A DNA stretch of 64,000 nt from NCBI GenBank assembly GCA_047601445.1, contig JASGJH010000001.1, positions 5,440,001 to 5,504,000 of the forward strand, given 5' to 3'. Source of the stretch: Myxococcales bacterium. GTDB taxonomy: Bacteria; Myxococcota_A; Polyangia; Polyangiales; DASUME01. Position 1 is the stretch's first letter; every line of letters begins with the position of its first letter. This document shows positions 54,701-63,988 of this stretch, one piece after another. Below the pieces are notes generated by a model. It had not been told where the DNA came from and searched no databases. It saw nothing but the letters and a program-made list of their open reading frames with translations. The position numbers were made by a program, and so were the translations under genes.

Positions 54701-57700
54701 CTCACCGAGCAAGAAGCGGAACTCGGGGACCCAGGAAGCGCCGAAGCTAGCGAAGAAATAGTCTCCGCTCTGAAGTCCCATCTCGATGCCGCGCTGGACG
54801 ATCGGAAGCGAGCTGCGGATGTGGTTGCCGACGAAGGCGTTGGCGCAAATGGCGAACAGGACGTGGACCTGGCCACGATAGGCGAACGCGTCGGGCCGCC
54901 GTGCGAGCGCAAGGCCCAGCTGTCCGTAGGCATAGGCGCGCTCGTAGTCGTGCTCCCGGGCCACCAAGTATCCGCTGTAGCCCGAGCAGAAGGTGGCCGC
55001 CACGGACGTCAGCCCATGGCGCGCCGCGAGGCGCATGCCCTCGTGGGCGAACCAGAAGAACAACTTGCGGTCCGCGATGAAGGCTGGCGCATGCAGCTGG
55101 CTCATCAACTTGAGCACAGCCACTTGCTGGGGGTCGGTGGCGTCGCGCTGCTTCGCGAAGCGCTCGATGCCCATGGCGCGCAACACGACTTCGGTCTTCA
55201 CCTTGGTCGTCACCAAGGGGACGTTGCTGCGGAGATCGGGGATGGGGTGACCGAGCGCCGCGAGCACCTCGCGACCGAGCTCCACCGCGCGCGCGTAGTT
55301 GCCGCGGTTGGTCTCGAAGCCGATGCGGATGGTCTCGAGCTCGGCTCGCTCGAGTACGCTGCGCAGGCCCGGGGTCATCTCCTCCAGGAGACGCCCTGCG
55401 TCCTCGAAGCGCCCGGCCAGATAAGCGCACTCCACGCGCCCGCGCTGCAGCGCGAACCACAGTGCGTAGTGCACATGGGCGGGGTCGCGCGCCCCCGCCC
55501 TCGCCTGCAGGGCTTCTAGGCCCGACTCGTGGTAGCGCAGCCCTTGCTCGTAGGCCGTCCCGCTACGAGCGCGCTGTCCTGCCTGCAAATTGAGCTCTGC
55601 CAACGAGAGTTGCTCACGCGGATCGTCGATCAGCGCGACGCCGCGGTTGAGATGATCGACGATGTCGAACACGGCGTCGACGTCGGGGTCGCTGTCGGCC
55701 GGGCTCCTCCGATCCCGCATGACGCGCCCAACCCGGAGATGCAGGGGCGCTCGTTCGTGCTCCAGCGGCGCGGCGATCTGCTGCAGACGATCATGGCGAA
55801 AGCGATAGTGGTAGTTGACGCCTTGTTGCGTGACCGGCGCGCTCACGTCGACGAGACCCGAGGGATAGCGATCCTCGAGGGCCACGATCAAACGCTCCCG
55901 GATCGCGGGTGCCAGGCGGGCGCGCATGTCCTCGGACGAGGTGTCCGCGGCGGCCGCGATCAGCTGCAAGTCGAACTGATTGCCTACACAGGCCGCCAGC
56001 TGCAGTGCGCTCTGCGTGGCGGGCGGCAGGCGCTGGAGCTTCTTCGCCATCAATTCGGCGAGACTCGCGGTGATGCCCAGGTCTTCGACCTCGCGCAGAT
56101 CCCAGGTCCAGCGGCCGTGCTCCGCCGAGAAGCGCAGCAATTTGTGTTCGTAGAGCGCGCGCAGGAATTGGTCGATGTAGAACGGGTTCTTGCCGGTGCG
56201 TTCGGCGATCAGCTCGGCCAGCGCCTCCACCTCCACGTCGTCGCGATGCAGGGTGTCTGCGACCCAGAGCTGCACGTCCTGCTGCGTCAGGCCAGACAGC
56301 GCGAACTGGCGTACGTCGACCACCTGACGCTCGAGTTCGGCGAGCAACGAGCTCAGGGGATGGTCTGGCGATACCTCGGAGGCGCGGTAGGCACCGATCA
56401 CGAGCAGCGCAGGCGGTTCCGGCAAGCGCAGGAGCGCCGACAGCGCGTGCAAGGTGGCAGCATCGGCCCACTGCAGATCGTCGAGGAACATCACCAGGGG
56501 TCGCTGCGGTCCCGCAAAGACCGAGAGGAACCTGGCCAGCGTGAGGTCGAAGCGATCCTGAGCCTGTACCAGGGAGGTCTCGGGCACTTCGGCCTGGGGC
56601 CCGACGATCTTCTCGAGCTCTGGCACCAAGCCCACGATGAGTCCTGCGTTGCTCGAGGTGCGCTCGAGGATCTCCCGACGGTAGCGGCTGAGCTCGTGCT
56701 CCGGCAGCGAGAGCAGGCAGCGGCAGAGCTGGCCGAGCGCCTGGGCCAGCGCCGAGTACGGGGCGTTGCGGTGGACCTGATCGAACTTGCCCGACACGAA
56801 GCGACCGCCTCGTTTGAGCGTGGGCTCGCGCAGATCCCCGATCAGGGAAGACTTGCCCAAGCCTGGGTCTCCGCTCACGAGCAGCATCGTTTTGTGGCCC
56901 GTCACGGCCGCGTCGAGCGCCCCCAGCAGCGCAGCCCGCTCGCTGCTGCGGCCGTAGTGGCGCTCGGAGACCACGAAGCGCTCCGGCAGGTCGTCGACCC
57001 CGAGCGCGAACGGCTGCGGGTTTCCCGAACGCAGGCGCCACAGACACTCGTCGAGGTCCACCACGATGCCGCGTGCGCTCTGGTAGCGCTCGTCTGGACT
57101 CTTGGCCAAGAGCTTCTCCACCAGCCGCGAGACGTGCTGGGGAATGCGCGGGTCGAGCTCGCTGAGCGCAGGCGCCGTGAGTGCAATGTGCGAGTGGACC
57201 ATCGCCAGCGCATCCGATGACTCGAAGGGAGTCCGCCCGGCGAGCGCGTGATAGAGCACGGCCCCCAGGGAATAGAAGTCCGAGCGGTGGTCCACGCCGC
57301 GGTGGATGCGTCCCGTGTGCTCGGGCGAGATGTAGGCCAGCGGCATGGCGTGCTCGTCGAGCTCGAGCGGCGGCGTCTCGCATCCGTCCTTGCCCTGCTG
57401 CGGCAGCTGCACCGCCCAGGCAAAGTCCACGATCTTGGCGGTCCAGAGCTGCGTGTTCACCACGATGTTGCCGGGATGGATCGCCCGGTGAACCACGTCC
57501 TGGCGGTGGATTTCGCTCAGCCCGAGCGCCACCTGTCTCGCGAGGTGCAGCGCGCGATCCGACTCGAGCGGTCCGGCGCGCAAGAGCTGCGCGAGCGAGG
57601 TATCGCCGAAGGCTTCCTCCACCAACGTGACGCGGTCGCGCTCGTGCTTGACGGCCAGGTAGCGCACCACATGGGGCGAGCGAATCGACTTGCCGATGGT

Positions 57701-57871
57701 GTACTCGCGCTCGAGCCGCGCGAGCGCGAGGGCATGAGGGGGCTCTCCGGCACTCTCCTTGAGCACGACCGGTTCCCCCGTCGAGCGCTGGGTCGCACGT
57801 AGGATCCGAGACCGCACTCCACGATGCACTTGTTCGCCGATCACGAAGTCGGAACGCACCGGACTGCTCAC
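51782..57871 (-). CDS. Hybrid Ser/Thr-kinase-like/AAA ATPase/GAF/PAS/histidine kinase/REC protein
   Basis: YISPEHTGR, GDPGLGKS, FLDDLQWAD, GAF (AQAAISLENA), GGVAHDFNN, FFTTKEVGKGTGLGL, SDVVMPG. Confidence 0.93.
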   Translation of the reverse strand: MSSPVRSDFVIGEQVHRGVRSRILRATQRSTGEPVVLKESAGEPPHALALARLEREYTIGKSIRSPHVVRYLAVKHERDRVTLVEEAFGDTSLAQLLRAGPLESDRALHLARQVALGLSEIHRQDVVHRAIHPGNIVVNTQLWTAKIVDFAWAVQLPQQGKDGCETPPLELDEHAMPLAYISPEHTGRIHRGVDHRSDFYSLGAVLYHALAGRTPFESSDALAMVHSHIALTAPALSELDPRIPQHVSRLVEKLLAKSPDERYQSARGIVVDLDECLWRLRSGNPQPFALGVDDLPERFVVSERHYGRSSERAALLGALDAAVTGHKTMLLVSGDPGLGKSSLIGDLREPTLKRGGRFVSGKFDQVHRNAPYSALAQALGQLCRCLLSLPEHELSRYRREILERTSSNAGLIVGLVPELEKIVGPQAEVPETSLVQAQDRFDLTLARFLSVFAGPQRPLVMFLDDLQWADAATLHALSALLRLPEPPALLVIGAYRASEVSPDHPLSSLLAELERQVVDVRQFALSGLTQQDVQLWVADTLHRDDVEVEALAELIAERTGKNPFYIDQFLRALYEHKLLRFSAEHGRWTWDLREVEDLGITASLAELMAKKLQRLPPATQSALQLAACVGNQFDLQLIAAAADTSSEDMRARLAPAIRERLIVALEDRYPSGLVDVSAPVTQQGVNYHYRFRHDRLQQIAAPLEHERAPLHLRVGRVMRDRRSPADSDPDVDAVFDIVDHLNRGVALIDDPREQLSLAELNLQAGQRARSGTAYEQGLRYHESGLEALQARAGARDPAHVHYALWFALQRGRVECAYLAGRFEDAGRLLEEMTPGLRSVLERAELETIRIGFETNRGNYARAVELGREVLAALGHPIPDLRSNVPLVTTKVKTEVVLRAMGIERFAKQRDATDPQQVAVLKLMSQLHAPAFIADRKLFFWFAHEGMRLAARHGLTSVAATFCSGYSGYLVAREHDYERAYAYGQLGLALARRPDAFAYRGQVHVLFAICANAFVGNHIRSSLPIVQRGIEMGLQSGDYFFASFGASWVPEFRFLLGEPLQEVCAEAEHQEREIRALRGDERLLLLRTLRQLVRCLRGQTLERLSLSTDDLSEEQLRQHIRERDSVPARGQLFLCKLTAYAWFGAHREVVRVLLEAGSLIEEANAANLRLSEYTFLVCLSLVEARSDPAFEGAQIEALLEPKLALLKQWAESAPVNFQHRYALVQAELAEAEGRRVRAAEFYERAIRLATENGYPHHAALALELTARAHARRGNTDVARGFSRAAREAYQRWGAFGKVRALDEVQLEYTASPGPAIRPTWSLDMESALRASQALASEISMPVLLDRMLHVIVQASGAQRGALLVSRQGEFRVRAHLDLQSSQLRLASEDAPLEDDTLVSQAIVRYTLRTGKDVALENAGQVGPFTADPYVVFHHSKSILCMAVRHRDHVPGLLFLENSLADGVFTEERLELLRVLLAQAAISLENAQLFEATQKLNSALRSSESLLREFFEGMPVGVYVVDAKGRHAFSNRRAGELLRVVNEDAGWPGDTLGAYSIYVAGTDQPYPTERTPLARALRGERSMVDDIEIRIDGKVVPLAVWGTPVLGEDGAIRYAMAAFQDIGPQRAAEAERTRLEHQLHQAERLEFIGRLAGGVAHDFNNLLTPMLIYAELAQQALPEDSTVRRHVTQVKDAAEQAAELTKQLLAFGRQQVLKPHILDLNAELGKFERMLRRVLRENIAIELHLASDLGQVRADPAQMQRVLMNLAMNAADAMPRGGRMTFETRNVLLPEVSDAKGAQGEGQSGPCVLLRVSDTGIGMDKEAMGRAFAPFFTTKEVGKGTGLGLPTVHGIVAQHGGRVELSSEVGKGTRFDILLPRVDSVPGEPRAGAQGEQTSAPRSETQSQFGRGESLLVVEDNDSVRTVVREVLARDGYRVLTTRDPLEALRLVQRAGEAPNLVISDVVMPGMSGYELVDELRRVNLALPVLLISGYSDPVTLGRDMGPSVECVAKPLNADTLRATVRRLLDGARSS

Positions 57872-58095
57872 TTCACTTCCTAGCCATCATCGTAGCCCGC
57901 AACTGGCCCAGCTCGGCTACGGTTGCAGCTGATTCGTTTCAGCAGAAGATATCGGTGCGAGAGGTATGCTGCATAGCGTGCGCTCACGCTCTGTTTCGTG
58001 AGCTGGCAACCAACGCTCGCCCGCTCCCGTCCCAGATGGACCACCCATCCGAGTCGTGCGAGCGAGCGAGCTAGCCCACGTGCTAACAAGGCGCC

Positions 58096-58581
58096 ATGAA
58101 TCCACTCGCGAGTCGTCGCTTGAGTCCCGACGACTGGGCGCTGTGGCGTGAGCTGCGACTGCAGGCATTGGCCGAGTCTCCCCATGCCTTCGGTTCCACG
58201 CTCGCCGACTGGCAAGGACGTGCGGACGCGGAGCAGCGCTGGCGCGCGCGGCTGCGCGACGTCCCCTTCAACGTGGTGGTCCAGCGCGGGGGAACCTGGG
58301 CGGGCATGGCGAGCGGAACCACCTGCCAGACAAACACCGTGGAGTTGCTCTCGATGTGGGTCGCGCCCTGGGCGCGCGGTGCAGGCGCGGGCGACCATCT
58401 GGTTCGCGAGGTGGCCGAGTGGGCTCGCGCGCAGAGCGCTCGGCAGCTCGTGCTGCGCGTGTACGTGGGCAATGCGGCGGCCCTTTCGCTCTACCGACGC
58501 AACGGCTTCGAACAGACCAGCGTGATCAAGGCGCGCTCGGCAGGTCGTGCAGACGAAGTCGAGCTCGCGCTCGCGCTCTAG
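58096..58581 (+). CDS. GNAT family N-acetyltransferase
   Basis: RELRLQALAESPHAFGS, SMWVAPWARGAGAG, NAAALSLYRRNGF. Confidence 0.9.
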   Translation: MNPLASRRLSPDDWALWRELRLQALAESPHAFGSTLADWQGRADAEQRWRARLRDVPFNVVVQRGGTWAGMASGTTCQTNTVELLSMWVAPWARGAGAGDHLVREVAEWARAQSARQLVLRVYVGNAAALSLYRRNGFEQTSVIKARSAGRADEVELALAL

Positions 58582-58738
58582 GGGGTGTCCCTAATTCCGG
58601 TGCGCGTCAGGGCGCGGATTTCCGTCGCATCGCGAGCGCGCCCGCAGGCTCGACCTGAAGGTCGGGCCGAGGACGAAAGCCGCGATGCGGCGGAAAGGCG
58701 CGATGCTGGCGTGCGCCGGAATTAGGCACGCCCCCTAG
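58578..58738. mobile_element. 161-bp palindromic MITE/REPIN-like element bounded by CTAG
   Basis: ctagggggtgtccctaattccgg...ccggaattaggcacgccccctag with nested inner stems; no transposase. Confidence 0.6.
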
Positions 58739-58747
58739 GGACACCGC

Positions 58748-59599
58748 CTACGGACAGCGTCGTCCGTCGCGATCAATGGCGCAGGGCTCGTTGGACTCCG
58801 TGAAGCCATTGGGCTGGCAGCCGTTCGAGAACTGGTAGCACTGCCCCTCCGAATCACGTCCGTAGGTGACGAACTCACTGCATCCCTGCACGCTCGTGCC
58901 GCAGCCCACCTCCACCTCGCGATAGCAGCCCAGCTTGGCGTCGAACTGTTCCGCATGGAAGGTCGAGCAGCGCGGGTCGCCCTTGCAGGACTCTACCGGA
59001 AGCGAAGCACAGTGCTCGTCGCACGTCGCGCCGCTCGCATCCGAGGGACAGCCGACGTCGATGTAAGCCACCACGTCGAAATCGAGCAGCGCCCTGACCT
59101 GCTCGTAGGTGACCTGCGGCAGCACCACCTGCTCATTCCACTCTTGTGGCTCGAAGCCCAGCTGCGCCGCGTACGCCAGCACGCAGCCGCGATCGTCGTA
59201 GCCCTCCACGCGCAGGAAGAAGGAGGAACGCGCGTTCGGCTCGTCCATCAAGAGCTGCAGCCAGTTGCCGAAGTTGACGGGAGCGCGGGGCATGTCATCG
59301 CGCAAGGCCTGCTGGCAGGCTCCGCCGTCGACCTCGGGAAACGACCCATCGTGGGGTCGCTGCATCGAGGCGTCGTAGGGCGAGGGCTTGGCTTGTTGCG
59401 CTTGCATCCACGCCACCAACTCGCGCCGCACGGCCTCCCAGTCGATGTCCGGCTCGGACGACGCATCGGTCGCGCCCGCATCGAGCGCGTCACCGTGCTG
59501 GGGTCGGCCGACATCCGAGGGAGGCGCAGCGTCATCGCCACACCCACTGGAGAGCGACAAGACGGCCACGACCGCGTGGAAGACGGGAGAAAGTCGCAT
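58748..59599 (-). CDS. Hypothetical lipoprotein with a Cys-rich C-terminus
   Basis: ATG 59599, lipobox SSGC, DAG/DAS low-complexity linker. Confidence 0.65.
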   Translation of the reverse strand: MRLSPVFHAVVAVLSLSSGCGDDAAPPSDVGRPQHGDALDAGATDASSEPDIDWEAVRRELVAWMQAQQAKPSPYDASMQRPHDGSFPEVDGGACQQALRDDMPRAPVNFGNWLQLLMDEPNARSSFFLRVEGYDDRGCVLAYAAQLGFEPQEWNEQVVLPQVTYEQVRALLDFDVVAYIDVGCPSDASGATCDEHCASLPVESCKGDPRCSTFHAEQFDAKLGCYREVEVGCGTSVQGCSEFVTYGRDSEGQCYQFSNGCQPNGFTESNEPCAIDRDGRRCP

Positions 59600-59619
59600 G
59601 GGAGATGGAGAGGTTTCTA

Positions 59620-59930
59620 TCACCGAGCGCGCTGCACAGGAAGAAGCTCGGGCGGGGTGGTCTTCACATAGAGCACCGCGGTCACCAGGCTCATCAAGCT
59701 CGCCAGGCTGACCATGAAGGGCAAGGTCCGGCTGCGACCTTGGGCAGCAGACTCCACATGCCGGCCCACAGGCTGGGCGGCGTGACCGCACGGGAGAGCA
59801 CGTCCGGGGCTCGCGCGACGCAGTCGGTGCACAGCTCGCGCCCCCAAGAGGCCTGCAGCGGGGCAAAGGTCCTGCCGCACAGGCAGGGCGTGGGCACCGA
59901 ACCGACCGGTTCGGGGTCGAGCGACGTCAT
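59620..59930 (-). pseudogene. Possible frameshifted remnant (Cys-pair N-terminus followed by a TM helix)
   Basis: MTSLDPEP..CLC..LCTDC..MWSLLPKVAAG continues plausibly in another frame as LPFMVSLASLMSLVTAVLYV, with the shift near 59725. Confidence 0.35.
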
Positions 59931-60028
59931 CTCGACCCACTCTATCTCGCCGGCGCATTGGACGTGGATGTTGCCGCGCCCCTCCCCCGCGGGTGCACCA
60001 AGCGCACTCAGAGGGTATCTTCGGCGCC

Positions 60029-63000
60029 GTGTCCGACCCCTCCGAAAAGCGCCCGAACTCGTCTCTGAAAGCTCCGCTCGCCGACTTCCAACTACCGAAG
60101 ATCGAAGAGGAAATCCTCGCGCTCTGGGAACGCCAGAAGACCGAGCGAAAGAGCCTGACCCCGAGTGGTCAGAAGGCCTTCGTGTTCTACGACGGTCCGC
60201 CCTTTGCCACCGGCCTTCCGCACTACGGTCACCTGCTGGCCGGCACCATCAAGGACATCGTGCCGCGCTACTGGGCCATGCAGGGCCGCGACGTGGAGCG
60301 CCGGTTCGGCTGGGATTGCCACGGCCTGCCCATCGAGAGCCTGATCGAGAACGAGCTCGGGCTGCACAGCAAGTCCGAGATCGAGGCCTTCGGCGTGCCG
60401 CAGTTCAACGCGGCCTGCCGCGCAGGCGTGCTGCGCTTCACCAAGGAATGGGAGCGCACGGTCAAGCGCATGGGGCGCTGGGTCGACTTCGAGAACGACT
60501 ACAAAACCATGGACCCGAGCTTCATGGAGACCGTGTGGTGGGTCTTCAAGCAGCTGTGGGACAAGGGACTCATCTACGAGGGTTTCCGCATCCAACCCGT
60601 GAGCCCGATGCTGGGCACGCCGCTGTCGAACTTCGAGGTAGCGCAGGGACCCCAGGAGCGCGACCCGGTGACCAAGAAGGACGGTCACAAGCGGCGTCAG
60701 GATCCGAGCGTCACCATCCGCTTCAAGCTCGAAGACGAAGACGGCGCCTATCTGTGGGCATGGACGACCACCCCCTGGACGCTGCCGAGCAACCTCGCTC
60801 TCGCCGTGCATCCAGACGTGGAATACGTGAAGGTGCGCCTGAACGAGACCGGTGAGATCGCCTATCTCGAGCCGGGCCGGCTGAGGGACTACCAGGAGCG
60901 CAAGCGCGTGGGTGAGACCACCGAGCTCGCGCGCATGAAGGGCAAGGATCTCGTGGGGCGCACCTACGAGCCGCTCCTGCCCTACTTCGAGAAGTACAAG
61001 AACAAGGAAGACGGTTCGCGCTGGTGCTTCCGCGTGGTGGGCGCCGAGTACGTCACCACCGAGAGCGGCACAGGCATCGTTCACCAGGCGCCGGCCTTCG
61101 GTGAAGACGACTATCAGGTGGGCTTGAAGGAAGGCCTGCCGGTGATCCGTCCGATGGATCTGACGGGCATCTTCGACGAGCGCGTACCGGACTTCAAAGG
61201 TCAGTTCGCCAAGGACGCCGACAAGCACATCATCCACAAGCTCAAGGAAGAGGGCAAGGTCGTGGACCAGGACACGCTGGTCCACCCCTACCCGCACTGC
61301 TACCGCACCGAGCAGCCCCTGCTCTACATGGCGCTCTCCACCTGGTTCATGAAGGTGGAAGCGATCCGCGACGAGCTGGTCGCGAACAACAAGCAGATCC
61401 ATTGGGTGCCCGATCACGTGGGCGAAGGGCGCTTCGGCAACTGGCTGGAAGGCGCGCGCGACTGGAACCTGAGCCGCAACCGCTTCTGGGGCACGCCGAT
61501 CCCGGTCTGGCGCAACGAAGAGGATCCGAACGACATGGTGTGCGTGGGCTCCACGCATGAGCTCGAAGAACTCGCAGGCTTGCCGGCCGGTTCCATCAAG
61601 GATCTTCACCGCGAGACCGTCGACAACATCACCTTCCCCTCGCGCAAGAACGCCAAGGGCCGCATGCGGCGACTCGAGGAGGTGTTCGATTGCTGGTTCG
61701 AGTCGGGCAGCATGCCCTACGCGCAGAACCATTACCCATTCGATGGGAGCAAGAAGCAGTACGTGGAGCAGAACCTGCCCGCGGACTTCATCGCGGAAGG
61801 GCTCGATCAGACGCGCGGCTGGTTCTACACGCTGCACGTGCTGTCGACGGCGCTGTTCGGGCGTCCGGCCTTCAAGAACGTGATCGTGAACGGGCTCATC
61901 TTGGCCGCCGACGGCAAGAAGATGAGCAAGCGCCTGAAGAACTATCCGGATCCCAACGACGTGATCCAGAACTTCGGCGCCGATGCCCTGCGCGCGTACT
62001 TGATCAACAGCGCCGTGGTGCGCGCAGAGCCCATGCGCTTCGGCAAGGACGCCCAGGACACCAGCGGCGAAGCCGTGAAGGACACGGTGCGCCTGGTGGT
62101 GCTGCCGCTGTTCAACGCCTACAACTTCCTCACCACCTACGCCATCGCCGACGGTTGGTCGCCCAGTGCAGCCGACCTCGAGGTGCACCCGAGCGGCGAC
62201 CTGGATCGCTGGATCCTCTCGCGCGTGCAGCACTTCCTGAAGGAGATGCAGCAGGAGTACGAGGACTACGAGCTCTCGAACCTGGTGCCAGCCTTCATCC
62301 GCCTCTCGGACGAGCTCAACAACTGGTACATCCGGCGCGGTCGGCGCCGCTACTGGCGCAAGGCGGGCGAGAGCAAGGAAGGCGACAAGGACAAGCGCGA
62401 AGCGTACGCGACGTTGTTCCGCGTCATTGTCACCGTGGCGCGCGCGATGGCGCCCGTGATGCCGTTCTTCTGCGAGCACCTGTATCAGCGCCTGATGGTG
62501 GACACGGGCCTGGCAGCGCAGGGCGACAGCGTGCACCTCACGCGGTTCCCCAACGCCGATGAGAGCCTGCTCGACCTCGCCCTCGAGGCGCGCATGCAGG
62601 CCGCCCGCGACGTGGTGGGCCTGGGACTCGTGATCCGCGAGCGCGAGAAGATCGGCGTGCGGCGTCCGCTCGGCAAGGTCACCGTGGCGAGCACCCACGC
62701 GAACGCGCGCGAGGCCGTGGCCCAGTTCATCGAGGCCATCACGGGCGAGCTCAACGTGAAGGAAGTGAGCGTGCTCGAGGACGACTCGTCGCTGTGCAAG
62801 ATCACCGCTCAACCCAACTTCCGTACCCTCGGCAAGCGCCTGGGGCCGAAGCTCAATGCCGTGAAGGCTGGACTCGCGGCACTCAAGCCCGCCGATTTCC
62901 AGCGCCTCGAGAGCGAGGGCAAGCTCGAGATCGAGGGCGAGGTGCTCGCGCAGGAGGACATCCTGCTCAAGCGCGAGAACACCGGCGGCGGCGCCGTGGA

Positions 63001-63328
63001 GAGCCAAAACGGCATCACGGTGGTGCTGGACACCAAGATCACGCCCGAGCTCCACGCCGAAGGCATCGCGCGCGAGCTCGTCAACCGCATCCAGAACCTG
63101 CGCAAGGCCGCCGACCTCGACGTGAGCCAGCGCATCCGCCTGGTGCTCGCCTGCGACGGCGTGCTGGGCGAGGTCGCGGAAAGCGAGACCCTGAGCGAAC
63201 TGATCGCCCACGAGACCCTGGCCGTGGAAGTCGAACGCGTACGTGAGAGCGCCGCCCCCGACTGGAAGCACACCAAGGCCGACTCCATCGACGGCGAAAA
63301 AGTCGTCATCGCCCTCGAGCCGGTCTAG
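60029..63328 (+). CDS. ileS: Isoleucine--tRNA ligase, type 2
   Basis: DGPPFATGLPHYGH, GWDCHGLP, WTTTPWTLPSN, GTGIVHQAP, WFESGSMP, EGLDQTRGWF, KMSKR, and the type-2 C-terminus ARELVNRIQNLRK. Confidence 0.97.
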   Translation: MSDPSEKRPNSSLKAPLADFQLPKIEEEILALWERQKTERKSLTPSGQKAFVFYDGPPFATGLPHYGHLLAGTIKDIVPRYWAMQGRDVERRFGWDCHGLPIESLIENELGLHSKSEIEAFGVPQFNAACRAGVLRFTKEWERTVKRMGRWVDFENDYKTMDPSFMETVWWVFKQLWDKGLIYEGFRIQPVSPMLGTPLSNFEVAQGPQERDPVTKKDGHKRRQDPSVTIRFKLEDEDGAYLWAWTTTPWTLPSNLALAVHPDVEYVKVRLNETGEIAYLEPGRLRDYQERKRVGETTELARMKGKDLVGRTYEPLLPYFEKYKNKEDGSRWCFRVVGAEYVTTESGTGIVHQAPAFGEDDYQVGLKEGLPVIRPMDLTGIFDERVPDFKGQFAKDADKHIIHKLKEEGKVVDQDTLVHPYPHCYRTEQPLLYMALSTWFMKVEAIRDELVANNKQIHWVPDHVGEGRFGNWLEGARDWNLSRNRFWGTPIPVWRNEEDPNDMVCVGSTHELEELAGLPAGSIKDLHRETVDNITFPSRKNAKGRMRRLEEVFDCWFESGSMPYAQNHYPFDGSKKQYVEQNLPADFIAEGLDQTRGWFYTLHVLSTALFGRPAFKNVIVNGLILAADGKKMSKRLKNYPDPNDVIQNFGADALRAYLINSAVVRAEPMRFGKDAQDTSGEAVKDTVRLVVLPLFNAYNFLTTYAIADGWSPSAADLEVHPSGDLDRWILSRVQHFLKEMQQEYEDYELSNLVPAFIRLSDELNNWYIRRGRRRYWRKAGESKEGDKDKREAYATLFRVIVTVARAMAPVMPFFCEHLYQRLMVDTGLAAQGDSVHLTRFPNADESLLDLALEARMQAARDVVGLGLVIREREKIGVRRPLGKVTVASTHANAREAVAQFIEAITGELNVKEVSVLEDDSSLCKITAQPNFRTLGKRLGPKLNAVKAGLAALKPADFQRLESEGKLEIEGEVLAQEDILLKRENTGGGAVESQNGITVVLDTKITPELHAEGIARELVNRIQNLRKAADLDVSQRIRLVLACDGVLGEVAESETLSELIAHETLAVEVERVRESAAPDWKHTKADSIDGEKVVIALEPV

Positions 63329-63355
63329 GGGGTGCCCAGGGGGCCGGTTGTCGCC

Positions 63356-63988
63356 CTACCCCGCGCGGTCCCCGAGCAGCGGCGTGACGCCGAGTCCGCG
63401 CGCCGCTCGAGTCGCGACCCTGCGGGCGTCCGCGAGCCCGGCCGACTCCACGCGTGCGCGGGCCCGCGCGTGCGCTTTCGCGTCCATGAAGCGCGCCTCA
63501 TGGAACGAGGTGGTCGCAACGGGGTCGAATCCGACGAAGCCCAGCGTGCCGCGCACGAAGCCCTTGTGCAGCGGGCTCCCCTGCACCAGCTGATACCAGA
63601 AGCCAGGGCTGTCCATGCTCGTGATCAAGCGCGCCGAACGCCCCCGCAGCAAACGCTCCGGCGGAGCGTGGCGGCTGCGATAGCGGTAGGCGAAGCCAGG
63701 GCGCAGCACGCGGTCCACGAAGCCCTTCATCAGAGCGGGGGGTGCGCCCCACCAGTTGGGAAAGATCCAGGTCACGTGACGCGCCCGTAGGAGTGCCTGG
63801 GAGGCGCGCTCGAGGTCGGGCTCGAAGGGTTGATCCGCCCGCCTCAGGACGAGGTCGAAGACCAGCTCACGCAGGTCGATGCGCTCTACCTGCACCAGGC
63901 TCTGCGCGGCGGCGACGTAGGCGCCCGTGAGCTCGGCCGTGAGTCCGTCTGCTTCCGGGTGACCGTTCAGGACCAATAGCGATTCCAT
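63356..63988 (-). CDS. Flavodoxin-fold NAD(P)H-dependent oxidoreductase (KefF/NQO-like)
   Basis: LVLNGHP, FPNWWGAPPALMKGFVDRV, LLRGRSARLITS. Confidence 0.9.
   Translation of the reverse strand: MESLLVLNGHPEADGLTAELTGAYVAAAQSLVQVERIDLRELVFDLVLRRADQPFEPDLERASQALLRARHVTWIFPNWWGAPPALMKGFVDRVLRPGFAYRYRSRHAPPERLLRGRSARLITSMDSPGFWYQLVQGSPLHKGFVRGTLGFVGFDPVATTSFHEARFMDAKAHARARARVESAGLADARRVATRAARGLGVTPLLGDRAG

Noticed and set aside
60092..63271. 1059-aa antisense ORF opposite ileS (and similar long antisense ORFs elsewhere)
   Set aside because: Shadow ORFs expected from high GC3 codon bias; no recognisable motifs.
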